Below are positions 24,217 through 36,749 of a stretch of 40,869 nucleotides of DNA, in pieces; the first letter of the stretch is position 1, and every line of letters starts with the position of its first letter. The position numbers and the translations under genes are program-made. A model generated the notes under the pieces. That model was not told the DNA's origin. It was given only the letters and a program-made list of their open reading frames with translations, and ran no database searches. The DNA comes from Octopus bimaculoides (lineage: Eukaryota), in contig NC_068992.1 of the NCBI RefSeq assembly GCF_001194135.2, positions 1,004,928-1,045,796 of the forward strand, in the 5' to 3' direction.

Positions 24217-24825
24217 TTCCAAAATTGTTCTAGAATAAAAGAATCACAAAACGGATTTCGCGTGAAAAAGTACATCAATATACCAAATTTGAAAATTTTC
24301 ACTTCCTTTAATAATTTCAAAATCTGTGACAGCAACAAAAAAGATCTCTCTCTATTTGTCATTCTTTTTCATTTACGGTTTTCTTACTGTGTACTTCCTG
24401 CACTCTCTGTATTTTTACTATACTCTCTCTCACACTCTCTCACACTCATATACTGTTCACGCTGAATGGGTATATCTGTGTTTGTGTGCGTCAGTGTGTG
24501 CATGCGTGTAAGGAATCTCATTGTGGTGACACAGTAGAAAGACTGTCACAAACCATCAGCAGTGAGCTGAGAAAACTTTTTATCCACCAAATAGAAAAAC
24601 AAAAATTAATTGTAGCGATACATTAGAAAGCGCTAAATAATGAAGCGATCTGGGCTAATGAAGAGGGCTATCTTTCGGAGCGGATAGGGTCTTACAAGAA
24701 ATAAAAGCATTTAAATAAGGCATTTTATTGCGATTTTTAACCAGCAACGACGGAATACTTAGCTAGTACAAACACACACACATGCGCACATGCACACATG
24801 CGTACACGCACACACACACACACAT

Positions 24826-25001
24826 ACTTCCTATACACAACTGTCTCCTTAAACCGAAAGGAAAAAAACTACTAAATAATCTCTTAATGAAAAGAGTTAA
24901 GTAAAAAATGATTGAGTAGGCTTCACCCACGTTCGTATTGCGCATGTCGAACGGCAATTTGCCTATATGTGCACACAAATACGTGTTCTTACTCTTTCTC
25001 T
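24826..25001 (+). repeat. ~176-bp dispersed direct repeat, copy 1
   Basis: acttcctatacacaactgtctcctta..aataatctcttaatgaaaagagttaa..aaatgattgagtaggcttcacc..ctctttctct recurs at 27224-27399. Confidence 0.9.
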
Positions 25002-25099
25002 ACGTTACACGAACACACACACATGCGCACAAACACACATGCGTACACACACACACACACACGTACATGCAAACTCTCACACATGCACATATATATACG

Positions 25100-25200
25100 T
25101 ACAGTTTTGCTCTTTTAGTCACTCACATGTTTCACTTACTGGTCTGCAGGCATGATGAGGAACCGCCTTGAAGTGTTTAGACTATCAAAATGGTACGTTA
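25100..25200 (-). mobile_element. SINE family A tail remnant
   Basis: ctgcaggcatgatgaggaaccgccttgaag resembles ctgtggccatgctggtgcaccgccttgaag at 2676-2705. Confidence 0.5.
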
Positions 25201-25279
25201 CTACATTTGATTTTTGAAGTTACGTTATCCGTCTTTTCTCGAATCAGTAATTGACCCGTTCATTAAATGCACACGAACG

Positions 25280-25301
25280 CACACACACATATGTATATAT
25301 G

Positions 25302-25352
<51 letters not shown>

Positions 25353-25642
25353 NNNNNNNNNNNNNNNNNNNNNNNNNNNNNNNNNNNNNNNNNNNNNNNN
25401 NNNNNNNNNNNNNNNNNNNNNNNNNNNNNNNNNNNNNNNNNNNNNNNNNNNNNNNNNNNNNNNNNNNNNNNNNNNNNNNNNNNNNNNNNNNNNNNNNNNN
25501 NNNNNNNNNNNNNNNNNNNNNNNNNNNNNNNNNNNNNNNNNNNNNNNNNNNNNNNNNNNNNNNNNNNNNNNNNNNNNNTATATATATGTATGTATGTATA
25601 TATATATATGTATGTATGTATATATATATATGTATGTATGTA

Positions 25643-25678
<36 letters not shown>

Positions 25679-25689
25679 TGTATATATAT

Positions 25690-25757
<68 letters not shown>

Positions 25758-25765
25758 GTATGTAC

Positions 25766-25808
<43 letters not shown>
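25280..25808. repeat. (TA)n/(TATG)n microsatellite spanning an assembly gap
   Basis: Directly visible. Confidence 0.95.
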
Positions 25809-25810
<2 letters not shown>

Positions 25811-26049
25811 AATAAGCAATTGATCACATAGACAGGTGCATGTATATACACAAGGGTATACATTTAAATGATTTTTGTTTGTTTAATATGATTTTAGCTT
25901 CTATTGGAACGAGTGTAGTTTCATTCTTTTGTAGCAGTAGAATTGTGCGGATTTTGGATGATGATGTCATCTGTTACATCTCAATTGTGTGGTAAGACTA
26001 ATTTACATGGCTGTCTTTTTAGTAATGCGAAATGTCTATCCTCTAATTA

Positions 26050-26520
26050 ACTACATAAACATTTCCATGGCAACTGGATTTGGAGCATCAGTGCTCTTCG
26101 ATCCAGATTTTACTGGACCTTGTTTAAGATACACGGAAAGCATCTCAACCAAATATTAGGAAAAAAGGATTCCAGGACTCTACTGAGAAAAGAAATCCAT
26201 AACTCATCTTGGCCTCACCCAATAACGATTTCACAATAAAAACATTAAAATGTTGTCTGTCTGATGATGTATGCCAAAATATGGGTGCAAATGACTGTTA
26301 ATATCGTCAATGAGATGAGAGAAGAAGCTGTTTATTGCGGAAAGGACACGTTTCATAGCTTCAAACAGATGCTATCGGAATCGATAATACAATATTAGGA
26401 ATGACTGAGAGAAACCACCATACGTTTTATGGATATTTTATACGTTGGCGACAAAAGGATAATCTACTTAAAATGGCCTCATACAAAAGCAACTAAGTGA
26501 TGGACTGCTAACATCTGCGA
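26050..26520 (+). mobile_element. Possible decayed hAT transposase relic
   Basis: Broken-frame motifs VNIVNEMREEAVY..KDTF..FKQMLS, ..RFMDI and gatggactgctaac (DGAAN-like) occur in the order expected for the hAT catalytic core; heavily mutated. Confidence 0.4.
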
Positions 26521-26626
26521 CTCCATCTAAATGTTAGAACACATGCTTTTTCATTAAACAGTACTGCCGTTTTGTGACACCTACGCTCAGTAATTTCAAA
26601 CGGTTAATGAATCTACTTTGGCTTCG

Positions 26627-26672
26627 ACTAATAATAATAATAATGATAATAATAATAATAATAATAATAATA
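26627..26672. repeat. (AAT)n microsatellite
   Basis: Directly visible. Confidence 0.95.
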
Positions 26673-27223
26673 TACTTAAAAAATTCTCGAGTCGTTTGCC
26701 GCCAAGTATCCTCATAAATTATTACGCATATATCTTGTAGCTTTATCAATAGTACGGGAAAATATCTACTAGTTTTTGAGATATGCCGTAGCGATAAGAA
26801 GAACCATTTTCACTCTGCTGGATTTTATGAAGGAGTTTGATAAATTACACGAAATTGAAGCTGATGCAGGTAGTGGCCAGATTTCGTGCATAGGTTTAAT
26901 GCTAGTGGCTGTGAGGCTAACACACTGATCTCCCTTAAGCAATGATGTGCAGAAGCAAACAAACCCTGGCTTTGTCGTCATTATTTTGGGAGGAAACGTC
27001 TGTATGAAATTAAGATTTCTCTCTCTTGATTCTTGAAATGCCAACATCAAAGATTCGATTGTTCGGTAATTAAGATGCTGGGATATATTTTCCGTAATTA
27101 TCACTGGCTGTCGTAGATCTTTACAGCACCATGTGAATGATTTTGCTAAGATATAACATAACGTTACCTAGTCATCGCATATAAAGCGTTGATTGTTTCA
27201 TAGATTATTGTTAATTTGAAGCA

Positions 27224-27399
27224 ACTTCCTATACACAACTGTCTCCTTATGGGGAAAGAAAAAGAACTAGTTAATAATCTCTTAATGAAAAGAGTTAAAT
27301 AATAAATGATTGAGTAGGCTTCACCTTTGTTCGTGTTGCGCATGTCCAATGGCGATTTACATATATGTGAACACAAATGCGTGTTCTGCCTCTTTCTCT
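27224..27399 (+). repeat. ~176-bp dispersed direct repeat, copy 2
   Basis: Matches 24826-25001 with scattered substitutions. Confidence 0.9.
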
Positions 27400-27959
27400 A
27401 ACTTAAGTTTTGATATGGCATTGTGCAAGCTGGCAGGCATAAAATACTTTTCGAAGATTCATTTGGCAGGAGCTTGCTATTGAATCCCAGTTTGTGATGG
27501 AGCTTACAAAATTTACTACAGTAAACATTTTCATTGGAGAGGTATGACAAAAAAAGTATTGTTACTAAGATTTCTTTTGACGGGAAAGAGTTTCTGGATT
27601 TTTACATCAGTGACACGCTGCCATCTAACGTGCAGATATCCCATAACCTTTTCTGAATCTCCGAGCACTACATATTTTCTTCCGAGTGAAATATTGCATA
27701 TTTAAGCTTTTCTAGTTAAAATGCCACTTCATGACTTATATCGAGCTATATCTACGTATCCACTTCTCGTTGGATATTCGAGAAATTGTTAGGCTATAAC
27801 ATATCTGCATGTTTGTATATGTTTTTTTTAAAACTTTTGTTCTCTCTTTTTCATTAGAAGTTTCTCGTCTATTGTGGTAGGCTCTGATTTCAAAACTAAT
27901 TTCCGGAAGAAAACCTGAAAGAAGTCTTTTGTCAGCCATTCAAAAACTGTTTAAACATT

Positions 27960-28385
27960 TCCCGATTTCCAGAATTCTCAGTTCTCATTTCTATGTATTT
28001 TTCTCTAGTTTTCTTACCATATTGAATATATAAGCGCAGCGTAATTCTAAAACAGGCCATGTTTATTACGTTTTCACATCCTTTTTGGCTTATAATATTG
28101 GGTTCTACCAATGTTATAATCCGTTAGTCTCTCAGATTCAATATTCATTTATTTTTCTTATATTCTCCGATTTCCAGAATTCTCATAAACAGTCCATGCT
28201 TCTTTGGATTTCGGCTACTTTAGACGATATATGACCCACGTATGTCCTAAACGGGCTATGTTTAATATATTTTAATGCTATTGTTCGTATTTAATATTGG
28301 GTTCTTCTAAAATTTTAACCCGTTAGTATCTCAGCTCTCAAATTCGATTGTTTTTCTTATATTTTTGATTTTCTGACTCTACATC
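27960..28385. repeat. Diverged ~200-bp tandem repeat (about 2 units)
   Basis: ccgatttccagaattctca at 27962 and 28167; aatattgggttct..ccgttagt.tctcag..tttttcttatatt at 28094 and 28293. Confidence 0.7.
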
Positions 28386-28599
28386 ACAATAGCTTGAAAA
28401 GAATACAACCTCATGATTCATAGTAAATTAGCAATGTTTGTAAAGACAAACTCTATACGAAAATGCTAAATGGATGCTGGTTTAGTTTTCCATACTCTTC
28501 ATATGAATAGCCTTTATTTCCTGTTAACGAAAAGCACATTTTTGCTCTTTGAGTGCATGGATGAATAGTGGTGTTGTAAAAGTTGCTGTTAACGCATAC

Positions 28600-29115
28600 A
28601 TACGTACATACACACATACATATACACGTACATACATAATACATAGATATATACATACTTACATATATTTATGTATGCACACATACATATATATACATAT
28701 GCACATATATATATATTTATGTATGTATATATATATATATATATATATNNNNNNNNNNNNNNNNNNNNNNNNNNNNNNNNNNNNNNNNNNNNNNNNNNNN
28801 NNNNNNNNNNNNNNNNNNNNNNNNNNNNNNNNNNNNNNNNNNNNNNNNNNNNNNNNNNNNNNNNNNNNNNNNNNNNNNNNNNNNNNNNNNNNNNNNNNNN
28901 NNNNNNNNNNNNNNNNNNNNNNNNNNNNNNNNNNNNNNNNNNNNNNNNNNNNNNNNNNNNNNNNNNNNNNNNNNNNNNNNNNNNNNNNNNNNNNNNNNNN
29001 NNNNNNNNNNNNNNNNNNNNNNNNNNNNNNNNNNNNNNNNNNNNNNNNNNNNNNNNNNNNNNNNNNNNNNNNNNNNNNNNNNNNNNNNNNNNNNNNNNNN
29101 NNNNNNNNNNNNNNN

Positions 29116-29180
<65 letters not shown>

Positions 29181-29225
29181 GTATACGTGTGGTTGTGTGT
29201 GTATATATGTATGTATACATATATG
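28600..29225. repeat. (TA)n/(TACA)n microsatellite spanning an assembly gap
   Basis: Directly visible. Confidence 0.95.
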
Positions 29226-29325
29226 TACTAATCATGAATCAACCAAAAGAATTGATAATAAAAGGATTCCTTAGTTAGACAAGATTGGATAAGAGTCTAC
29301 TCAGTAGTTCTTCCTATGTCTTCAG

Positions 29326-29391
29326 ACAACCACATGCAAGTAAATGCACCAGGTGTGGCCAGTGCAGAAGAAGAAATGAACCAACCGCTCT
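29326..29391 (+). CDS. Candidate isolated 66-nt internal exon (phase 1-1), peptide xNHMQVNAPGVASAEEEMNQPL
   Basis: Pyrimidine-rich acceptor ttcttcctatgtcttcag, donor GTAAAT, length divisible by 3, open frame, GC content above the flanks, no TE motif recognised; no homology recognised. Confidence 0.35.
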
Positions 29392-29896
29392 GTAAATATT
29401 CCTGAGGTTTCATATGAAAGAATGAAATTTACTTACTACTTATTTTGTTGTTGTTCCTCTTTGTACCTGAACCTTATTTGAGCTGCAAAACTAAATATTT
29501 TCCTTCAATTGATCATTCATCTCAAAATGTCACAAACATTTTCGTACTTAAAACAATGCTGCTCTTTACTTGCGATCGTTATAGCTTTGTTTGGGTAGCT
29601 TTCATCTCATTGCATTATTATTTGAAATAAAATAATATTTTGTTTAAATATATTACGAATCTCAGTTACCTTATGATCTGTGATACCACATATTTGCAAA
29701 ATAGTAACTGATTAAATAAATTTGTCCTTCTAAAATTAATTCTTGTCTTCTATTGTTTCAGCTTTGTTCAACTTGAAAGAATATATTGCTGATATTTTTA
29801 TGTTCCAAATGTTTCTCTTGTTGCAATTTCCTAAAAGGTATTGTTGCAAAGTTCGTTTAAAAGCAACTAACGCTTCTTCATGTTACATAGACGTGT

Positions 29897-30331
29897 CACA
29901 CACACACACACACACANNNNNNNNNNNNNNNNNNNNNNNNNNNNNNNNNNNNNNNNNNNNNNNNNNNNNNNNNNNNNNNNNNNNNNNNNNNNNNNNNNNN
30001 NNNNNNNNNNNNNNNNNNNNNNNNNNNNNNNNNNNNNNNNNNNNNNNNNNNNNNNNNNNNNNNNNNNNNNNNNNNNNNNNNNNNNNNNNNNNNNNNNNNN
30101 NNNNNNNNNNNNNNNNNNNNNNNNNNNNNNNNNNNNNNNNNNNNNNNNNNNNNNNNNNNNNNNNNNNNNNNNNNNNNNNNNNNNNNNNNNNNNNNNNNNN
30201 NNNNNNNNNNNNNNNNNNNNNNNNNNNNNNNNNNNNNNNNNNNNNNNNNNNNNNNNNNNNNNNNNNNNNNNNNNNNNNNNNNNNNNNNNNNNNNNNNNNN
30301 NNNNGCACGCACGCACGCACGCACGCACACA
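29897..30331. repeat. (CA)n/(CACG)n microsatellite spanning an assembly gap
   Basis: Directly visible. Confidence 0.95.
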
Positions 30332-31929
30332 TGTAGTTATATATTTTACATATGGCCCATAACAAATGCAGAATTTCGTTCTTACGGCGACATGTTGATT
30401 CCGTTATGTTTCATCAACGCTTATCAGATGGAAGCGGCTGTGTGTATAGGTATTGTGTAAAACCATGGTATTATATATAAAGAATAGGTCCTCTCTATAT
30501 CCTATTGCTTTTCTGAGGAATGGATGAAATAATCTTATTTCGATCGGTTTGTTTACTAAGAAATTTTAATAAAATACTTTGACATTAGAGGAAGATGAAG
30601 CGCGGCTAAGAGATGCATTTAAATGGTTACATTTTATAGCTTAACTTATTCTATAGAATAATGAAAGTGTCAATAACATATCTTAGAATTACACAATACT
30701 GGTAACACGAATCCTGATAAGGTGTATATCATTCATATTATTAGCGTATTAATAACTTAAGTATTTTCTTTTGCGATCATTTGTCTCTAACGTTAATGTG
30801 TTCTGGCTTGTTTGAAACATTTCTATTAAAGTATTTATGCATTTAATGTCGTGTATATATATATATATATCTGCGCGCGTGTGTGTGCGTGCGTGCGTGT
30901 GTGTGAGTGTGTGTGTGTACATACTGTAAACTACAATAAGTGAATGGATTAACATTGGTACATCTCTGTTAATATACTATTTATCTCAGAGCGGAATCTG
31001 AGAAATCACAATCAACAATGTTATTTCCAGAGAAATTTAAATACACTGGACTTCTAAGACGAACCATATTTCTAGGCTACTGCCAAAAAGGATTTAATAA
31101 TATCCAATAATGGTAGCCACCTCATATCTCCGGTGAATACATATAATAGTCTGTAACATTCTAAATTTATCAACACAACTGCGGTTGAAATAGTTAATCA
31201 AACTCTGATGTTCATGCATTGTTTGGTATTTAAAACGCTCAGTAAAATTCAATCGCAATGGACATATGAAGCTAAAGAAAGTCATGTGAATAATGTTTGA
31301 AATTGGAAAGGTATATATAAATAATGAAAATGATTTAAAGTTTTAGTACTGCTGCAAAACTATATGATTTCTAAAGCCGTGAATGTTTATTATAGAGTTG
31401 ATGAGACGGTTCTGTGTTTCGATAATGTGTTAATGATAAGGATTGCTGAAACTGAGATATATCCTATATACTTGGAGTTAAATGCAAAGTATATGCACCT
31501 ACAGCAATTTAGTTATTCTTGTTTCCTTGTGTGAAGGTATATAATGACTTTTTGTTTATCGTCAATTTCAAAACAGCAGGTATTCTCTTTGTTGATATTT
31601 CTATGAGCCCTTTAATGTAATTTGTAGTTTGCAGTACACTCAAGTTTTGGATTATAAATCGAAATAGCTTATTTGCAGAAACGAAATTTCCTTTAGCGCT
31701 AAAAAGATGTAGCCCTTTGTACGGGTTATCTAGTCATTATTGATATTTTACTTCGCTTTCTGTTCTGAAGAATATTTAGGGGATGCAAGGTGGCTATTAA
31801 TGGTATTCAAAAGCACGTCAGCTTTCCTGTTTGCCTGTAAAATCTGTTTAAGAGAGAATATTTTGTTCTTAATGGGTCTAATCTCTATGGCGTCAATGTC
31901 AGCGTATTCTCGGTCGGTTTTCTTTTTTG

Positions 31930-31968
<39 letters not shown>

Positions 31969-33469
31969 GCACTAAAACACATATATATACGTACACCACA
32001 CATGTAAATATTGTGCTTTTTTTGTATGTGTGAGTGTGCGTTTGTATGTCTTTGTGGATGCATGTATAGATGTGTGCGTGTGTCTCCATGTATCTGCATG
32101 TTTGTAAAAGATTGGGATTATTATGCTCTCGATTTACACGTAGCAAAATATTAAAGAGCTATACATGTACTTACAGTGAAGTTTCTAGTATATCTTAGAT
32201 GTGCATTTATATTTAGAAACCTTAACGTGCATACCATAATCCCACACTACTAAACAAAAGATCGAATCCACCCAATGTCATAGCATGAAAACAATAAAAC
32301 ATGCCCTCTTCTCTGTTTTATTTCAATTCAAAATCAATCACCCACACTACAAATCCTTCAGCTCTTTTCGTGGAAGAGTGAAAATAGTTTTCTATGTCAT
32401 AGCTAAATGCCAGAAAAATGCCATGCTAAACAATGCAGCGCTTCTTTGTTTTCTAATGTTTGTGGGTTTGAAAGAGCTTGGTTGTAAAGAGAAGTAGAAC
32501 ATCTCAGATGGTTCGGATTGAGATGCTGTATCTAAAGAAATAAATTGAAGACTTTCTCACTACTCTCCGCATATATGCATTTCAACAGCCAAAAATCTTG
32601 TAGATCTAATGAAAATAGCAGTTTGACAAAACCTTCTGCAGTACACATGGGAATCATTTAAACATATGTTTCTTATATGGCGGTGGGGTGGAGATCAGGG
32701 GACTGATGACATATCTTAAAGAAACGCTATTCCCAATTGAAAATTCAAATAAATAAATTACTCTCACCATTTACATATATTGCACTGAAGGAAATACATT
32801 AGCAACTATCTCTACTGAGACCGATGAATGCCAAGGAAATGGAACATTGATCCCAATATGAGTGATAATATACTGTACACTGATAATATAGAGAATCTTA
32901 TAAAACAAAATATATCTAAAAATGTGCATTCAAATAAATAACAACTGAAGACCCTGTCAGTAAATTTCAATTTTGGAAATAAAATTGAGGATGAAGAAAT
33001 GCCTATAAATTCACCGAATTCTTCAAAATTCAAAGTAGGTGACACAAGCTATAAATTGTATACACTATTCTGCACAAAAATAATCAGTCTGTGAAAATAA
33101 ATAATGGTAAAAGAAACGGATCGAGCACTCAGTGGGAGCGAAGGATACCAGAAATACTATTACAGATGGAGATCTTGACAAATTGATATGAAATTTACAA
33201 TATGAAACAACAAAACAAAATCAAAACAAAAAATAAACAAAAACGAAGTTAAAGAGTTTTGGTATGAATAATATATCATCGTTGGGAAGAAACATACGGA
33301 CAAAAGTACAGAGATTCAGAAATAAAGTGATATAATAGTTATGTGAAAGAAACTGGAGTTATGGTAGTACATATCGAAATAATTCAAGCTCCATATATAT
33401 TGGAATAAATCTTCCAGAAAACGGAAGCGTAATATCCTTTTTTAATCATTAGGTTATGTAGTATGCCTT

Positions 33470-33685
33470 AAGGCAGCGAGCTCGAAAAGTCATTATCCGG
33501 ACAAAATGCTTAGCGGTATTTCGTCTGTCTTTACTACGTTCTGAGTTCAAATCCGCCGAGGTCCAATTTGTATTTCATCCTTTCGGGGTCGATAAATTAA
33601 GTACCAGTTGCATACTGGTGTCTATCTAATTGACTGGCACCCTCTCCCAAAATTTCAGGCTTTGTGCCTATAGTAGAACGGTTAT
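33470..33685 (+). mobile_element. tRNA-derived SINE, family B
   Basis: aggcagcgagct..aaaatgcttagcggtatttcgtc..gttctgagttcaaatccgccgaggtc..cctttcggggtcgataaattaagtaccag..gtgcctatagtagaa; colinear with 17861-18075. Confidence 0.85.
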
Positions 33686-33880
33686 GTAATATATCTGGAG
33701 GTGAGTAGAAGAAGCCATCTAAAAGAACGTGTTGTCGAGAAACACCTTATTTGGCGAGGTTACACAATTTGGGCTATTAGGATTTCTTTTGGCGAAATAT
33801 TATTTTGACGAGTATCCTCATTCTTTAGAAAAACTTATTGGATTTTTCGCAGAAATTATATACATACATACATACATGCA

Positions 33881-34460
33881 TACTGGGTTATTTAAAAAGA
33901 ATGGACCGATTTCATTACACAATATTTTAATAAAGCAAAGTAATAGAAACCTCCAGCTAAGTCACAAGTATTTACTTACAATCAGCTATTATTTCCTGTC
34001 TTAAAAGTGTTCAATGTGGCCACCACCTGGAACACGGGCAACGTCAGTGTGTGAAGAGAATTCCTTCCACACGCGATCCTTCTGATCCGATCTGAAAATG
34101 TTTCTGCTTATTTAAATGCAACTAAGAATGATGAAAATGCTTTATAGTTACAATTCCTAGATGATCTCATAGTTCTGTATGCCTAAATGTCATCTCAGCA
34201 ATAGATGGAAAATGCTGAGAGGAAGGTAAATGAGTGTTGTTTAAATCTTTCAAAGATAGATTGCATCTCTGCCATATACGAGTGTATCAACGCCATTCCA
34301 TTATCCACCACATCTTAATTTATCTTGAGCAAATGTAGAGAGTGCTACATAGAATTTTATATCAGGTAGTTCATTGAGCTTCCCAAAGAGCCAAGAACTG
34401 AAGTTCTCTATGGAGCGATCCACCTTTCGCACCCATCCTGTTATCGGAAATTGTGCAGCT
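33881..34460 (-). mobile_element. Tc1/mariner-superfamily transposon 3-prime relic
   Basis: Minus strand about 34080-34003 translates DRVWKEFSSHTDVARVPGGGHIEHF* (the RVW.E...DV.R...G.HIEH C-terminus of Tc1-like transposases); TA-CTGGGTTATTTAAAAAGAAT terminus at 33881. The extent beyond 34100 is uncertain. Confidence 0.7.
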
Positions 34461-35794
34461 CATATAAAAGGAAAAAACCCTTCACCAAATTTTTAGAGTG
34501 ATTCACGATCATAATGTTTGGATGACCACGTTTCGTCTCTATAGATTGAAATTGATGCACGACTTCAATCCTTTTACGTTATGAGAAGATGAAACATAAG
34601 AATGGATACACATACATTTCAAGGAAACTAAAATCTACATATTTTTTCTAAATAATTATTTAGACATTAAAAAATATAGAAGTAAATAAGATGAACTTGT
34701 ATCAACAAGTCTGAGAGAGAGTAAGGCATATAAACATACAAATGAGGAATCTGAGATGAAGGATAAAAATTCCAGGGAAACAACGATAGATATAATTAAA
34801 TGATGCGTGTGAGAATGCAGTGAAGCTGATATAAGTCCAGCATTTTGAGACAAACGTCTCTGATAAAGTTAACATTCTCCAGAAACAACTTGAAAACTCG
34901 AATTTCTTGGCCGATATAGTTTTAGGCAAGTAGGTTTCATTGATTTAAATATTCTTTTCTAAAAGAGAAACAGTCATTTGAAGCCTTGCTAAATCCTCAC
35001 ACCTACCTTTTGAAAACACTGCTATGATGAAATTTCGGACAGAAATAGTTATCAAAGCTTTCACTGCTATTTTTAAGATGTTGAAGGACCCATTTGAGTG
35101 TGTTTCTGTAAGAGGCAGCGATGCATGTGCGATGTCTAATTCTGATAATTGGGAGAGGAGTTGGTTTAAAGACTTGAAATTGGGAATAATTTTTTTCAGA
35201 GAGTTAGCTGTTATTACAAGCATGTCTAGACGCCACATTGAGAGCTTCCACGTGCAAAAAACGGGCTATCTATGAAAAGGGGCGGAATATTACGATGTGA
35301 GTGAAGTGATTGACAGTAAATGGGGAGAAGGAGAGTAGGATTTTTTTTAACAAAATTGTAATTTTGAAAGAAATTTTATTTTCGGATGGTAATTTCCTTT
35401 TTCCACGTGGAATTCTTCATAAACTTTTTGATAAAAGTGAAAAACAAAACAAATCTGTCTGTGTGCATGAGCGTGGGCGTTTGAAGTTTTGGAATTTTTT
35501 TAAAGGTCAATATTTTAATCTCCGTTTTTGAAAAACGAAATCAAAAATGATGTTGCTTGCGTAGTCAAAAGCGTCCTGCAGTTCCTGCCAACACTGCAAT
35601 GTTTAATACACACTAATGGCCGTTACGGGACACCAATATTTTCTCCTTGTCATACAGCCTACGTTATGCATACATGTGCATTTGTTTCCATATGTGTACA
35701 CACACACACACACACACACGTACACACACATACACGCACACACAACACATATACAAACACACGTACATAAAGATGCATGGTTGCAGATTTCAGC

Positions 35795-36045
35795 TGCTCA
35801 GTTGATGAGAATGTACAATGAAAAGTACAAGAAGACATGTATAATTTAATGCAGAACTTATAACTCTTGTACCCAGAATATAAATTTGTACCTACCCTCA
35901 GAGGTACATTAGGCAACGTACCAACAGATTTACGTAAACCTAGAACTACAAGAAAGAGCAAACGAAACACGCTGATTCTCCACCTCCAATATATAAGTGG
36001 TACTGTGAAGCTTTGTAAGACATTCCAAAGAATCTTCATATGAAA
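35795..36045 (+). mobile_element. 3-prime fragment of a third REL-type non-LTR retrotransposon family
   Basis: Degenerate frame DENVQ*K..MYNLMQNL*LLYPEYKFVPTLRGTLGNVPTDL and ILHLQYISGTVKLCKTF; equivalent to the KY..L...W..P.V.GALG REL C-terminus. Confidence 0.65.
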
Positions 36046-36749
36046 TTCTTTAGGTAAATAGATGCACACACGTGGGTGTGTGGATTAACAGTCAACCAAC
36101 ACAACAGCATACTTACAAACACCGGGAGCTCTCTTACGTCAAAGACTTTTGTTGCTTTCTTTAAGGAAATGCTTCAATTCTCTTAAGAATTACTTCAAGA
36201 AAAATAGCAAAGTGATATACACGTACATGTATGTATGTACACACACGCACACACACATACACACAAATATATAAAAACACAAACATATATATATTTATAT
36301 ATATATATACATATTGGATCACATTTAACCAGGATGAATGTAAACGTAAATATAAATATACAGGCATCATGCATACATACATGCATACATACATATATAC
36401 GTATGTACGTATATGTATGTAGGTATATAAACTAGTGGAGAAATATATATCAGTGCAGATAGACCGTCTTTGTAATCCATTAATGTAAAGTGTGTTGTTT
36501 TACATTATTTTGCAAAGTAGTCGGTTTATGTTTGTGGCACGGGATGGTTATTAGTTCAGGGTTCATGAAAATTACTGTTGCCCAAATCAAAGAATGCTGA
36601 ACATAATAGAAAATAGTTTGTAAACCCTTCTATGACACGTTCAGTTCTTTTTCCGTCCTCATTTTGTATTCCACTGCGACGTTGGTGATAATTATCTTTT
36701 ATTTACATGCATAAGAGATTTTACGCCATGCATTCTAGTTTGCTTTCTA

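Noticed and set aside
25151-25193. Apparent small exon (cag/GCATGATGAGG...AAAATG/gtacgt)
   Set aside because: The sequence is a remnant of the SINE family A tail.
26769-27104. 111-aa minus-strand ORF
   Set aside because: No domain signature or splice context; consistent with a chance ORF or TE debris.
30589-30640. EEDEARLRDAFKW and similar short open stretches near 30990-31110, 31770-31800 and 32590-32660
   Set aside because: Splice signals are weak or incomplete, the phases are incompatible with the 29326 candidate (several would give TAG), and no homology is recognisable.
34520-34585. Minus-strand ..TGAAGT...CGAAACGTGGTCatcc and the ctaaagaccgagg..gtggtc motif at 30-60 as hammerhead ribozymes
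   Set aside because: Catalytic core positions and stem II are not intact; at best these are eroded Penelope-like relics.
34780-35275. Semi-open + strand frame (ENSNFLADIV..LKDPFEC..) as a gene or hAT C-terminus
   Set aside because: Several in-frame stops and no diagnostic motif; it may be a transposase relic but cannot be supported.
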